This document shows positions 1-11,765 of a DNA stretch of 64,000 nucleotides, one piece after another. The notes beneath the pieces are model-generated. The model searched no databases. It was not told the DNA's origin and saw nothing but the letters and a program-made list of their open reading frames with translations. The translations under genes were made by a program, and so were the position numbers. The DNA comes from an uncultured Nitrososphaeraceae archaeon. Lineage in GTDB: Archaea; Thermoproteota; Nitrososphaeria; Nitrososphaerales; Nitrososphaeraceae. The DNA is taken from NCBI GenBank assembly GCA_963825865.1, contig CAWGVG010000009.1:1-64000 (forward strand). Direction: 5' to 3'. Position 1 is the first letter of the stretch, and each line of letters starts with the position of its first letter.

Positions 1-121
1 ATAGTTAAGGGGTAAAAATGGTTGAATAGAAAGGGAATGGCTACTGCCAATTTTCCGAGGTGGCTGCTCACATTAGTGTGAGGCTGTTCTGAACATTATT
101 ACCGTCTTTAATAGAATTGTT

Positions 122-724
122 CTATGGAATAATCACTAACTGCCCTGTCATAGCTACTGGATGGTATTTACAAAAGTATTGAAATATGCCTTCATGATCT
201 GCCTTAAACTTTATAACTGCGTGTTCGTTCCCAGCTAAATCACTATCTATTTTGTATGGCGCTCCAATTGTAAATGAATGTCTTTCATTTTCATCAATTT
301 CTAGATTATAGAAATGAACAGTTACGTTATCTCCTTTATGAACAACCATTGTATGTAAATTGTATGTATCACCTGGTATACCTAACTTTGTCTCATTAAC
401 TCCTTCATTCTCAGAGCTAAACAAGTAGAATGTCTTATTGCCTGTAAAAGGTGATTCTATTGCTTTTTCTATTACTGCTGTTTTACTTTGGTTTAAAAGT
501 TTCAAATGAGATGTTGCATTCTGATCTGCAATTGTAGATGTTGATTTATTAGCAGCAGTTTGCTGTAATGCAAAAGCAAGCGTATTTGAAGTCTGTAGTG
601 ATAGCATTATTAATCCTGATATCATTGAAAATGACAATACGATTATAGGAGCCATAATTATAGCCAATGTAGCATGCACGATGAAGTTGTTATTATTATT
701 TTGAAACCTGAATATCTTGTTCAT
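122..724 (-). CDS. Membrane-anchored cupredoxin-domain protein
   Basis: N-terminal hydrophobic helix; C-terminal type-1 Cu-like motifs HSF...YFCKYHPVAM and V-x-KGDNV-x-V-x-F-x-N. Confidence 0.8.
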   Translation of the reverse strand: MNKIFRFQNNNNNFIVHATLAIIMAPIIVLSFSMISGLIMLSLQTSNTLAFALQQTAANKSTSTIADQNATSHLKLLNQSKTAVIEKAIESPFTGNKTFYLFSSENEGVNETKLGIPGDTYNLHTMVVHKGDNVTVHFYNLEIDENERHSFTIGAPYKIDSDLAGNEHAVIKFKADHEGIFQYFCKYHPVAMTGQLVIIP

Positions 725-808
725 TTTTATAATCAGATGATTACGGTAATTATATAGTTTTTTTCATTTAAATGAAATTACATGATATGGGTGACAATGA
801 CAACGACA

Positions 809-960
809 ATGACAGCATATGTCTTAATCAACTGTGAACTATGATCCGAATCTATGATAATGGATGAATTGAGACGATAATACTTTAGTATTAAACTGAG
901 GGAGCCAATAATGATATACAACCTTTGTGCATGATTAAAATCAAGTAAAGTAAAGAAAGA
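809..960 (+). pseudogene. Lrp/AsnC ligand-binding-domain remnant
   Basis: ATG at 809 reads MTAYVLINCEL*SESMIMDELRR*, resembling the N-terminus of thaumarchaeal Lrp/AsnC proteins; in-frame stops. Confidence 0.45.
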
Positions 961-1284
961 GTGGATTTTACTATGCACAAAAATTTATTATTTATAGAAA
1001 AAACCCAAGATTATAATCCTAAAATAGTAAATATCAAATTTCCTTTGTCCATCCACAGTTGTAAGCAGATTAACTTTTAGCTGTTCTCATCTTAATTGTG
1101 GAATCTATCAATGCCTATTCCACATACCACTTTGAACGCCCTTGGCTACTTCAACGGGATAAATCTCCTCAAATTTGAAAAATTATAACATATTCGTGTA
1201 TATCTTGAATGATCTGTATAAACTACCAAAGAGTTAATTGTTATAGCCTCCTATATTTTACTGAGGGAAAAGGTCATAATTGTA

Positions 1285-1793
1285 TACCATGGTAACGGTA
1301 GGTAAGTTGAATATCACCTATTTCATACTTTAAAGATATTGGGAAAGATGAGCAGACATTACCATTACCACCCAAGCAAGCAACCTCAGAATTAGACTTA
1401 ACTGCCCCAACTGCATATAAGAGAATTCTTGTTGTAGACGATAATGCGGATATTACTTTAACCTTCAAATCAGCGTTGGAAGGGTATTATGATGATGGTA
1501 AAAGATTTGAAGTATACACATACAATAACCCTTTAGTAGCATTATAGGAATTCAAGCCACACTTTTACGATCTATTGCTAACTGATATTAACCTACCAGA
1601 TATGAATGGCTTTCAATTTTCTGAAAAGATATTGGAGTTAGATGTCAACGTTAGAGTTTGCTTTACAACTGCAGGTGAAGTAAATATTGAGGCGTTGAGG
1701 GAAATACATCCAAAAATAAATTTAGGATGCTTTATCAAAAAACCAGTTTCAATAGATTATTTGGTTAAAAGGCTAAGGGCAGAGTTGGATTAA
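1285..1793 (+). pseudogene. Receiver-domain response regulator with in-frame TAG, paralog of 10401-10955
   Basis: RILVVDD...LLLTDINLPDMNG...FIKKP; TAG at ~1546 where the paralog has TCG (gcattataggaattc vs gcattatcggaattc). Confidence 0.8.
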
Positions 1794-2514
1794 TGTAGTA
1801 TTGGTAGTAGTAGATATTCATTATAAGTGATTCTATAGATGAAATGAAGAGTTCAGTTAGATAATAATAGGTTGTAAAGTTTTATGTCAAATACAATAAA
1901 AGGGCCTATTTGTACCTATTTGTATAAGGTCTTTATTTTATGCAGCAACAAAAAAAAGAAAAAAGGCTGGTAGTAATACCTTACCACGTAGTAGCAGCTA
2001 CAGATGTTATTCTAATCGCTTTCACTTACACACTCGTCATGCATTCATTCCAAAATCGACCAATCGTTGAAGGTAGGAGGTCCATTCAGTCTCAATAATA
2101 ACTTGCTCTGCTGCTGTTAATTTTTTATAGGATACAGCATCGTTATAGAAACCCTTATTTTCGGGGTTAGTTAATATTTTATTTGATATCATTTTGGGTT
2201 CCCACTTGAAATGATGAACGAGAGGGATTAGATACTGGTTGGCCGACCGACTCTACGCATTTACTTGCATGTGGCCTTTAAGTTATGTCAAGTCACATAT
2301 GACAGGCGGCGCATCAAAATTTGGTTAATGAGATTATTATGAAGGTTTTAGATAGAATTCTATTTTTTAATGTATACATATGTAGAGCTAATATTACATC
2401 ATTATAAAAAATAATGATTTCAGCGGTATTAAATAAGCATATCCTAGTTTCTTCAATAATGATTACAGGTACTTATAATATGTATATCAAGCATTTTCGT
2501 AATAACAACAGCGT

Positions 2515-3293
2515 ATGGCCAAGATGCAGACTCCAACTGCTGATGCAGGTCCAACACAAACAGTAAACGCAGGAGATATGGTTACACTTGATGCAGGTAA
2601 TAGTAATGATCCAGATGGAGACAACTTGAATTATCATTGGAGACAAGTTACTGGCAAAAATGTAATGTTGTCAGATATTCATATAGCAAATCCTACATTT
2701 AATGCACCAAATGTTAATAGTCTGACTCATTTGAAATTTGCACTACTAGTCGATGATGGCATTTATAGTAGTTCGCCTTCGTCTGTAGAGATAGTTGTCA
2801 ATCCATTACAAAAATCATCAGCTGCAATGCAATCAGATTCTAATTCCATCACAATCGCAACAATCATCAAGTATCAATTTAAGACTGTTAGTGTTCCTAC
2901 TATTGCTTTTTTCAGCTGCCTGCTTGGTATGTATTACGTGGACATAGAAAACACCGAGAAAGACGATATTTTCCTGAATCAGTAAAAAGACAAAAGTTGC
3001 GTGAGCAGAACTACAAGTGTATTATATGTAAAAGAAGTGCCGGGGTATGGGATTATGATCATATTGATGGTGACAGATCCAATAATAATCCGCGCAACCT
3101 CCAAGCGTTATGTCCTACTTGTCATGCGAAGAAAAGCCGTGGACTATTAAAACAAGAAAAGAGATCTTCATTTTCACGATGGTTAAAAATAGCAGGTATA
3201 TTATTTTTTATAATATTGCTAATAATAGTAATTATGAATAATAATGAGTTAATACGTACATCTTTATCACGCTCTCTTCTTCCTCCCATGTAA
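2515..3293 (+). CDS. PKD-domain / TM / HNH endonuclease / TM protein, probably one gene split by frameshifts
   Basis: PTADAGPTQTV...LDAGNSNDPDGDNLNYHWRQ (PKD); alternate frames give LRLLVFLLLLFSAA then WYVLRGHRKHRERRYFPESVKRQKL running into CIIC...DHIDGDRSNNNPRNLQALCPTCH (HNH); C-terminal hydrophobic helix. Confidence 0.65.
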
Positions 3294-3373
3294 AACTAAA
3301 AATGACAACATTGCTCATATCACATGCTTGACAGGTTAACATCCTGTGGTCTGCGATGACATTCTATTATATT

Positions 3374-4421
3374 AGATCTCTTGTGTAATTAGAAGCTTAG
3401 AGCTATATTCCTCTTCACATAGGATATCTATCTGACAAGCTCTTTGATGTCCTATAGCAAATTATGTAAGAAACCTTTGATATTCAGGTCATTTACCGGA
3501 GTAACTGTATCTGAATTTGAATCCATTTGTAACGAAATTGAACATAACTACGAAGAGCACGAAAGAAGACGTCTTCTATCAAGGACGAGAATACGGGATA
3601 TAGGTGCTGGTAGACCATTTAAGCTTAAAGTTAAAGAAAGATTCGTTATGCTTCTAGTATACTACAGATTATACATTACATATACATTATCAGGATTTCT
3701 GTTTGACCTTGATCAAAGCAATGTTTGTAGAGATATATCAATGATGGAACCACTTATCAAGGAGTGTATTCCATTGCCAAAGAAGATATACAAACATGTA
3801 CTAGGAGATTAAGAACTATAGATGAAGTAGAAGAGTACTTTCCTGGATTCAAGGCTTTCATAGACTCTACAGAACAAGAAATTCCAAGACCTAAGAACAA
3901 AAGAAGAAGGAAGAGTTACTATTCAGGTAGAAAGAAGAAACATACTGTCAAGACACAATTGATGGTAAACAGTGAAGGATTGATACTGCATAAGACAGGT
4001 CACAGAAGTGGAAGAAAACATGATTATGACATTTACAAACACAATCATTCTATAACTCCATCACAAGTTGAAAACATAGTTGATCTTGGTTATCTTGGCA
4101 TTGAAAAGGACTTTCCCACTGTAAAGCTGTACTTTCGTATCAAAAAGAAAAAGGGTACATTGCTTTCATGTGATGAAAGAACTTACAACAAGAATCATTC
4201 TAGGCTAAGGATCATAGTAGAACATACCATATGTAAGATCAAAAAGTTTGGAATAATGGGTACTAAATTTAGAAACAGATTAAGGAAGTACAATAACGTA
4301 TCTGATATAATATCCGGTCTCCTGAACTTCAGAGTTATACAGTCTGACAGCATTTCAATCTAAGAAGACGGCTAAAACAAGTAGGGTGTTAGACTATAGC
4401 TCCTAATTACGCAAGAGATCT
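3374..4421 (+). mobile_element. IS5-family element (HTH_Tnp_4 + DDE_Tnp_4 type transposase, 3444-4363, frameshifted)
   Basis: IDSTEQEIPRP...YSGRKKKHTVK...DLGY...RIIVEHTI; TIRs agatctcttgtgtaattagaagct / agctcctaattacgcaagagatct; ATT on both flanks. Confidence 0.9.
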
Positions 4422-4424
4422 ATT

Positions 4425-4900
4425 ATCGACAGAATTAAAGATCGTACTGAAGATCCTTATGACATTCTAAATAGTTATAGCGCATATCTGAAGAATAGAG
4501 GTATTTCTATACTCACACTAAAACAGCGTGTTGTAACTGTAAAGAATTTTCTTGAATACTATGATGTTGATCTAATTCCAAGGAAGTTCAAATTAAAAGT
4601 AAAACTACCTAGGGCAATTATACAAAACAAAGAGGCTTTATCAAAGGAAGATATCGTTGATATTTTAAACGCATGTTCCGAGATTAGATTAAAAACCTAT
4701 GTAATGCTGCTAGCTGGAACTGGAATGCGTGCTGTAGAAGCATTATCCATCCGTATCAAAGACATAGATCTTTTGTCTAATCCTGCTAGACTTTTTGTTA
4801 GAGGTGAAACTACTAAAACCAAAGTCGATAGAATGATATTTTTAAGTCAAGAAATGGTTCAACAACTAAAATCTTGGTTGGAATATAAGTATAGAAAACG
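4425..4900 (+). pseudogene. Tyrosine recombinase/integrase fragment
   Basis: DPYDILNSY...VTVKNFLEYYDV...EALSKEDIVDILNAC...LLAGTGMRAVEALSIRIKD...TKTKVDR; truncated at both ends, abuts the IS. Confidence 0.8.
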
Positions 4901-4904
4901 GAGC

Positions 4905-5312
4905 GGAAATAATGGCCATACATGTTATCGAACCTGAGCATACTGGACTCTCATACCGGATGGTAGAGCTGAAGCAAAGGAAGAGGCAAGAGAAGAAGAA
5001 GCAGGAAGACAGGCTGAACAATTACTTAATGAAATCGATACTTTAGCAAAGAAAGAAGGCCGGAATATAAAAAAGGAAGTTGTCCAACCATCTGATCTTT
5101 TGGCAAAGAAAGAAGGCCTGAATATAAAAAAAGGAAGCTCTCGAAGAATCTGATATAGTTGGAAAAGCAATTATTGATTACGCTAAGAAAAACAACATTG
5201 ATGTTATAGTAATCGGTACTAAAGGTATGACTGCAGTACAAGAATATTTTTTGGAAGCGTTGCCACCAAAGTCATTCACCATGCACATTGTCTAGTATTT
5301 GCAATCCGTTGA
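4905..5312 (+). pseudogene. Universal stress protein (UspA) remnant
   Basis: VGKAIIDYAKKNNIDVIVIGTKGMTAVQEY...GSVATKVIHHAHC; frameshifts and an internal ~40-bp duplication. Confidence 0.7.
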
Positions 5313-5486
5313 TACATCTGGAATCAACAGGTCATCTCCATGGATTTTATTCAAAGAATCAGTTTCGTCAGAACAAAAAATTGATCCTTTTCCTTGATAT
5401 TACTTTATAATATTATTTTTAGATCATGAGGTGAATAAGCGATGATGTCAGAAGGGATATAGATGCTTTATTGCCATTGCTTTTTT

Positions 5487-5915
5487 CTATGAATGTATTA
5501 TTCTACCTATATGCTCTATTAGAACTTCATTTTCAATTGGTAATCGGATAAATCTGTCTTGATATCCTTGACTAAATGGATCAAATCGAACTTTGCTAGG
5601 GATTTCCCCAGCTGTCAGAAAGCATATCTTGACCTTGTCATCTACTTTTCTTATTTTTTCAGATAATTCAAACCCATTCATCTGAGGCATTACAATATCT
5701 ATAATCAATAGGTCGTAAGAACCGTTTTTAAAATTCTTCAATGCCAGAATAGGATTGTTAAAGGAATCAACTTTGAAAGTGCCCTCATCATCTTTTTCTC
5801 GTTCTCCCTCCTCCAAAGCCAGCTTTAGTGCTAAATTAACATCCTCCTCAGAGCTTACTAGTAAGATCCTCTTTGCTACTGTTTTTACTGTCTGTACATG
5901 ATTTTTTATATACAC
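5487..5915 (-). CDS. Receiver-domain response regulator (atypical acidic pocket)
   Basis: RILLVSSEEDV...YDLLIIDIVMPQMNGFEL...ICFLTA. Confidence 0.8.
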   Translation of the reverse strand: MYIKNHVQTVKTVAKRILLVSSEEDVNLALKLALEEGEREKDDEGTFKVDSFNNPILALKNFKNGSYDLLIIDIVMPQMNGFELSEKIRKVDDKVKICFLTAGEIPSKVRFDPFSQGYQDRFIRLPIENEVLIEHIGRIIHS

Positions 5916-6132
5916 CTGCTGCCATCGGTTGAGTTTGTTGTTTTTGCTGTTGCATCATGTCATTACCCATTCTACTAAGCACCATCTACTGTAGAACTGC
6001 CTGGTTGATTTCTTATACTACACCGTCTTTCTTATTTTTCAAATTTGCTGCCTTATTATTATTATTATAGATAGAGTTCAGAAGCCTTAGGGATAAAGGA
6101 TTAGCTAAAACAAACACCAAATACTCTTGAAA

Positions 6133-7950
6133 TCATTGGTGAATTGCAGATACGGTGTTTGAATCGTAGTTGGCCACGTATATGTCGTGGTTATCAGGAT
6201 TATAAACAACGCCGTATGGATGGGTGTCAACTGGTATAGTTGCAACCACGTTGTTGTTTGAGCCGTCTATTACAGAGATATTATTTGAAAATGTATTGGC
6301 CACGTATATCTTACCATTGTCAGGGTCATATGCAACTCCATTTGGTCCAACGCCTACTGGTATAGTTGCAATTACTTTATCCGTTGAACTATCTATTACA
6401 GATACGGTGCCTCTAGAGTGAGCTAACCCGCTATTGGCCACGTATATCTTACCATTGTCAGGGTCATGAGCAATTGCAGAAGGAGCTGCACCCACCGGTA
6501 TAGTTGCAACCACGTTGTTATTCCTTAACGTGTTTATGACTGACACATGTTTGCTTCCTTATTAGTAACGTATATCTTACCATTGTCAGGGTCATATGCA
6601 ACTCCTGCAGGATTGAAAAAGCCTTTGATATTGCTATCAACCTTGTTTGTTGAACCATCTATTACAGATACGGTGCCCGAACCAAGGTTAGTTACGTATA
6701 TCTTACCATTGCTAGAGTGATATGCAATGCCAGCTAGAACTGTTGCCCGGAAGATTATCAACTGGTATAGTTGCAATCGCATTATTTGCTAATTTGTTTA
6801 TGACTGACACATGTTTGAAAATGTATTGGCTACGTATATGTTATTATTACCAGCATCATATGCTATTGCCTGAGGCTTTTTGCCAATTGATATAGTGTCA
6901 ACAACTCTATTTGTTGAGCTATCTATTACAGATACCTTCCCTGCTAAATCGTTATTGCTGCCTGCTTCCATAGTTAGTCACGTATATGTCCTTGTTAGTA
7001 GAGTCATAAGCAAGCCCTAAAGGACCTGAAAGCCCTTTAATGGTAGTAATGGTATTCGGAGGTAGTTTTTTAGCCTCATTGCTTACATCACATACCCTAA
7101 TCTGATCAGCATCTATTCTGCCAGAACAACCTGACGAAAAGCTTGAGGTATAACCAGATGGTCCAGTTTCAGTAACCTTGTAGGAACCTGGTCTTAGCAA
7201 TACGGTAGTACCACCTCCCCCTTGCCCATTACCGCGGAATGAACTAGGTGAAGGGTGATTGCCAGATACAGTCATGGTAAAGTCTGACGGATTTTTATCA
7301 CCGATACCGTTGTTGATGACCTTTTTAATAACTATCAGCTTTGCCATAGTTGGATTTGTCTGATATACGTTGGTAATGGAACATTTGATTGGCACACCCC
7401 CGCTAGCATCACCAGAGCAGCCTGAAGAATAGCTGGTACTGTAACCAGTAATACCATTATCTTCAGTCACCTTGTAGCTACCAGATCGTAGTGTAACAGG
7501 GGTACCACTAGATGAGCCGGGAAATGACTTTGGTGATGGATTATTCCCAGAAACAGTTATGGTAAAGTCTGAAGGTTTCTTGGTACCTATGTTATTGTTA
7601 ATAACCTGATTGACTACGTTTAAGAATGTTGATGATCCAGGTGGACGTGGAGTAAGAGTTGGCTTTGGACATTTATCATTAACTGGTGAAGAGCCATCAG
7701 GACATGTAGGAGGTGGTGTTTGGGTTTCACTGTTACTGCTACTACTACCTCTGCCAAACCTGTTGACACTATCACTAGTGTTGCTGATGGATCGTGTGGT
7801 TGCTATTTCTGACCCGTCTTTCTTTTTTGCAAAAACCAAATGAGATTGTTGCTCTAATAATGTTAAAGCAATTGTTGTTATGGACGAAATAAGTACAATT
7901 ATTGAAAATAAGGCAATGCTTTTCGAAATATATTTGTGATTCGTGCAAAA
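6133..7950 (-). CDS. Secreted surface protein: two SpaA/prealbumin-like domains plus YVTN beta-propeller repeats (frameshifted)
   Basis: Duplicated KKVINN...PSDFTITVSGN-PSP...GSYKVTE...SSGCSG units; repeated IYVTN/IYVAN...VSVID; hydrophobic leader near 7860-7930. Confidence 0.8.
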
Positions 7951-8332
7951 CCTTTATGTGACTTAATATTTTAGGTTTTAAAATCTTTTTTCTTTGTTTT
8001 TATATTAGTTAAAGAATCTTATTTTAGCTCCTTGAAAAAAGTATGTCTAGCCCAGCTATAAGAACTCAGGCAGATAAATTCAAATCAAAATATAGCAATT
8101 CTGAGGTCCAGAAATACTATACAAAATTTGATGCAGGTGTAGAGCTCACTCTGCAGCAAGAACAAAAGGATAGAATGACATAGATATTACATATTACATC
8201 ATTTCATTCCCAAAAAAAGTAGCATGATATGTTGTTGATACAATACAAACATGTAAAAATATAATTAGGAAAAATTCATGCCATGAAATTGGTACATATT
8301 AACGCTATATTCTGAGCTCAACTAAACTATCA

Positions 8333-8421
8333 TGGTAACAGTTGGAAGCAGCTGATATCAGAGGCAATCGAGTGGTAGCAATGGTAACATAAATGTGGTA
8401 ACAAGTGGTAACAGCTTTAAG
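8333..8421 (+). promoter_or_regulatory. Direct repeats TGGTA(A/G)CA upstream of a TATA-like box
   Basis: Copies at 8333, 8373, 8382, 8396, 8406, then TTTAAG at ~8416, upstream of the 8459 ORF. Confidence 0.55.
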
Positions 8422-8458
8422 CTACTATTTGGATTATTAGGTATAGCAAAAAAGAAAG

Positions 8459-9038
8459 ATGTCAATGACCAGGCAAGAAAGAGAAAGGGCTGTTTTAGAC
8501 CTTTATCATAATCAAGGTAAAACTATTCTCGAAATAGCACAAGAGGTTAGGATGTCATTTAGGGATATAGGTACCATTTTGAACAAGGCAGATGAAGGGC
8601 GAGTGAAAAATAATAGTAATGATATCGAGAACAAAAAGCAACAACAAGGACAAGAACAGCAGGAGCAGTTATCTCTGTCTACTCAAGCCTACAAGCTATT
8701 TTCCGACGGTAAATCTCCAATACAAGTAGCAGTTGCATTAAACGTAAGAGTCAGAGATAACCAGATTCTACAAAGAGTATATCAAGCTAAGCCAAATGCA
8801 CGACCTCAATATTGTTTATGAAGAGCTTAAAGGCGATATCATACCTTTTCTCAAAATGTATAGGTCAGCTAGATCTGCAGGTATGAATGAATAACATGTA
8901 GTTAATCTACTCAGAATTGCTAATAGTGATAATGTCAACTATAACACTAACAATAATCTACCAGCAGTAGAATACAGATACAACAGGCTCAAACAAGAGG
9001 TAAATGCATTAGAAACAAAGAAAACTAAATTCAAATAA
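8459..9038 (+). pseudogene. HTH / coiled-coil protein, frameshifted and truncated
   Basis: N-terminal HTH (GKTILEIAQEVRMSFRDIGTIL), second HTH-like (GKSPIQVAVALN); reading continues in another frame with a stop. Confidence 0.6.
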
Positions 9039-9039
9039 G

Positions 9040-9241
9040 GATTTACAGGATTTCTGCTTGCTACAAATATTATAGAAAAGATGACAAAAATCGTAATGTT
9101 TAGCCAGATCGGAAGTCTGACTCCGCTGTATGAAGAGAATTCCACAATAGTTGAATCAAATACAACAATTGTTGTGAAAATCAAAATGAAGATAAGTGAA
9201 GTCTTTTTACTCAGCGTTAAGATGACGGCATAACTAATCAT
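9040..9241 (-). pseudogene. N-terminal fragment of a membrane protein
   Basis: Two hydrophobic helices, then runs into the antisense of the neighbouring gene. Confidence 0.35.
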
Positions 9242-9382
9242 CGTTTTTTTCCTTCACTTTGTGAGATAGAATGTATATGTACACATACAACTGTCTCTAT
9301 ATGAGAAGCATATATTACACTACTAGTTTAGGTTATCGAAAAGTAGTAATAACAGGAATATTGAATCAAATAAATCAAAATC

Positions 9383-10195
9383 ATGGCTATCAATAACAGG
9401 ATCATTTGTGAAATTAAGAAATTAAATGGATCAACTTGTATTTTGGTTATTACATTATTTTTGGTTTTCTCAATTCTCTTTGCATTTACTGGGCTGCGTA
9501 ACGTCTATGGTGCTGAATTGTTTTCAAAAGACGAAAAACCATTCGGCATATCATATGATGATTGGATTGCTAAATATTGGAATTGGGACTTTTCGTTGAA
9601 TACAGATCAATTTACTCCTAATCCAGACGGATGCTTGATCAATAAGTCAGACTCAATGATTATGCTAATGAACACAGTAGTAAAAGGCTCTCCTCATCAG
9701 GTATGCAAGATCTCATAAAAGCAGGGTATCATGATACCTCTGTGGATCGCATGGTGTTCCACTTCAAATAAAGGGCATGAACATGATTCGGATGTACAAT
9801 TAACAAAATGTGCAAGAGAAGTATTCAACCTAGGAAATATAAGGTCGGATGTTAAGGTTGATGGCCTTCCTGTTGCAAAGCTTGACGTAAGAATGTCTTT
9901 GATACCAGGATCTGGAAAATTAGATTATAATATAAATTCTCCTCTGACTAACATTACCGAATTTTACTCAAAGGGATTTAATATTACGATACCATCTGAC
10001 ACTCATCAAGCATATCAAGTACCAGGAACATGGCGTGCAGGTGCTCATGGATGGTGGGTCTTTCTGAAGCCACTACCTCCCGGAGAGCATACAATCTTTT
10101 ACAATATTCGCATCACACCAACAGGGGCACTCACCTCACCTGGTACTAGTCCTCATTTTGCAGATATTACATACAAACTTCAGGTAGAGAAATAA
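9383..10195 (+). CDS. Exported hypothetical protein interrupted by one in-frame TAA
   Basis: ORFs 9383-9718 and 9731-10195 are in the same frame; signal anchor; [16 protein letters not shown] and [16 protein letters not shown]. Confidence 0.6.
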
Positions 10196-10400
10196 AAGCA
10201 TCCTAATCATCATCATCATCATTCTTTATTGCAGCTCAAGCGTCTTATTGTTGTATTGCCAAATTGTCTTGCCTAAACTATTTAATTCAAATGTCTGTAC
10301 CCAAAAACAGTGTCAAAAAAAGAAAATATCAAATCAATAGAAATCTTACCCTAATAGCTTATTCTATGTATTATTCATGCTATAATAATACCTACTACTA

Positions 10401-10955
10401 CTAATCTAGCTCTGCACTTAGCCTTTTAACCAAATAATCTATTGAAACTGGCTTTTTGATAAAACATCCTAAATTTATTTTTGGATGTATTTCCCTTAAC
10501 GCCTCAATATTTACTTCACCTGCGGTTATAAAGCAAACCTTGACGTTGACATCTAACTCCAATACCTTTTGCGAAAATTGAAAGCCGTTCATATCTGGAA
10601 GGTCAATATCAGTTAGCAGTAGGTCGTAGAAATGTGGCTTGAATTCCGATAATGCTACCAACGGGTTATTGTATGTGTATACTTCAAATCTTTTATCATC
10701 ATGAGAATACCCTTCCAAAGCTGATTTGAAGGTTAGAGTAATATCAGGGTCATCGTCCACAATGAGAATTCTCTTATATGCAGCTGGGGCAGTTAAATCT
10801 AATTCTGAGGTTACTGGCTTGGGATTATTTCCGGTACTGCCAGTTGTGTCTTGTAATTGTGGTGTCGGTGATAATGGTAATGTCTGCTCATCTCTCTCTA
10901 TATCTTCAGAGAAAATGGTGACATTCAACTTACCTACCGTTACCACGATATACAA
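10401..10955 (-). CDS. Receiver-domain response regulator
   Basis: RILIVDDDPDI...LLLTDIDLPDMNG...FIKKP. Confidence 0.85.
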   Translation of the reverse strand: MYIVVTVGKLNVTIFSEDIERDEQTLPLSPTPQLQDTTGSTGNNPKPVTSELDLTAPAAYKRILIVDDDPDITLTFKSALEGYSHDDKRFEVYTYNNPLVALSEFKPHFYDLLLTDIDLPDMNGFQFSQKVLELDVNVKVCFITAGEVNIEALREIHPKINLGCFIKKPVSIDYLVKRLSAELD

Positions 10956-11137
10956 TTATCACCTTTTGCCTCTAAAATTTATGGAGCTATAACACTTAAC
11001 TATTTACTAGCGCAGAACAGCCAAAAGTCAATGCTTGTAACTGTGAATGGACAAAAGAATCTAATATTTCCTATTTTAGGGATATGATTTCTTTACTGTT
11101 ATTTTACATACAAAATAATTTTTATGTATTGTAATCT

Positions 11138-11566
11138 TTAACCCTTCATTATCCCAATAGCAAATCCCATTGCTGTACTACCAGTTAGCGGAATACCAAG
11201 ATTTGCCAATGTAGCAGTTGTTGTCATTGGCAAGATAGCAGAAGCAGCTGCTGTTGTTGAATTATTGCCTAAAATAGCTTGAATTGACCCTATCCCTCCT
11301 CCACCGGTAGTTGACGTTGCATTTGTTGTTGTTGTTGCTGTTGTAATTGTCGATAAAACACTATTTGATATCGTTTGCAGCCTATCCCAGTTTACATTCA
11401 CTATATGTTGAGATTCTAAATACATAAGTGCCGCAAAAAACACTCCTGCAATTACAGCCAATATTTTCATTATCCGCTTCAAGGCAAATCCAACCAAGAA
11501 ACCTACTATACCACCAAAACCAATAGTACTTACAAATGGCATAACGCTACTCTCGATGCCGCTCAT
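11138..11566 (-). CDS. FUN14-family membrane protein
   Basis: GFGGIVGFLVGFALKRIMKILAVIAG...YLESQHIVNVNWDRL...GFAIG. Confidence 0.8.
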   Translation of the reverse strand: MSGIESSVMPFVSTIGFGGIVGFLVGFALKRIMKILAVIAGVFFAALMYLESQHIVNVNWDRLQTISNSVLSTITTATTTTNATSTTGGGGIGSIQAILGNNSTTAAASAILPMTTTATLANLGIPLTGSTAMGFAIGIMKG

Positions 11567-11570
11567 TTTC

Positions 11571-11765
11571 TTATTTCCTCCTACTTTTTTTGGTTGCTGC
11601 CACCGCTTTATTGCTGTCAATACTGTCTAGGTCTTTGCTCTTACTACCAAGATATCTTTCAACTGCCCTCCGGATATACCTGCTCCTAGGGATATCGCCA
11701 CACTTTTGGTCGATCTTTAGTATGGTTGATTTAGGCAGAGTGATTCCAAGTTTTACAGTCATATC
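11571..11765 (-). CDS. Ribbon-helix-helix (CopG-like) DNA-binding protein
   Basis: MTVKLGITLPKSTILKIDQKCGDIPRSRYIRRAVERYL. Confidence 0.7.
   Translation of the reverse strand, partial: DMTVKLGITLPKSTILKIDQKCGDIPRSRYIRRAVERYLGSKSKDLDSIDSNKAVAATKKSRRK

Noticed and set aside
1985-2340. Coding-like remnant on the minus strand
   Set aside because: No recognisable family motif; multiple stops.
6133-7000. Near-identical nucleotide repeats as a DGR template/variable pair
   Set aside because: They correspond to YVTN propeller blades; no reverse transcriptase and no evident adenine-specific variation.
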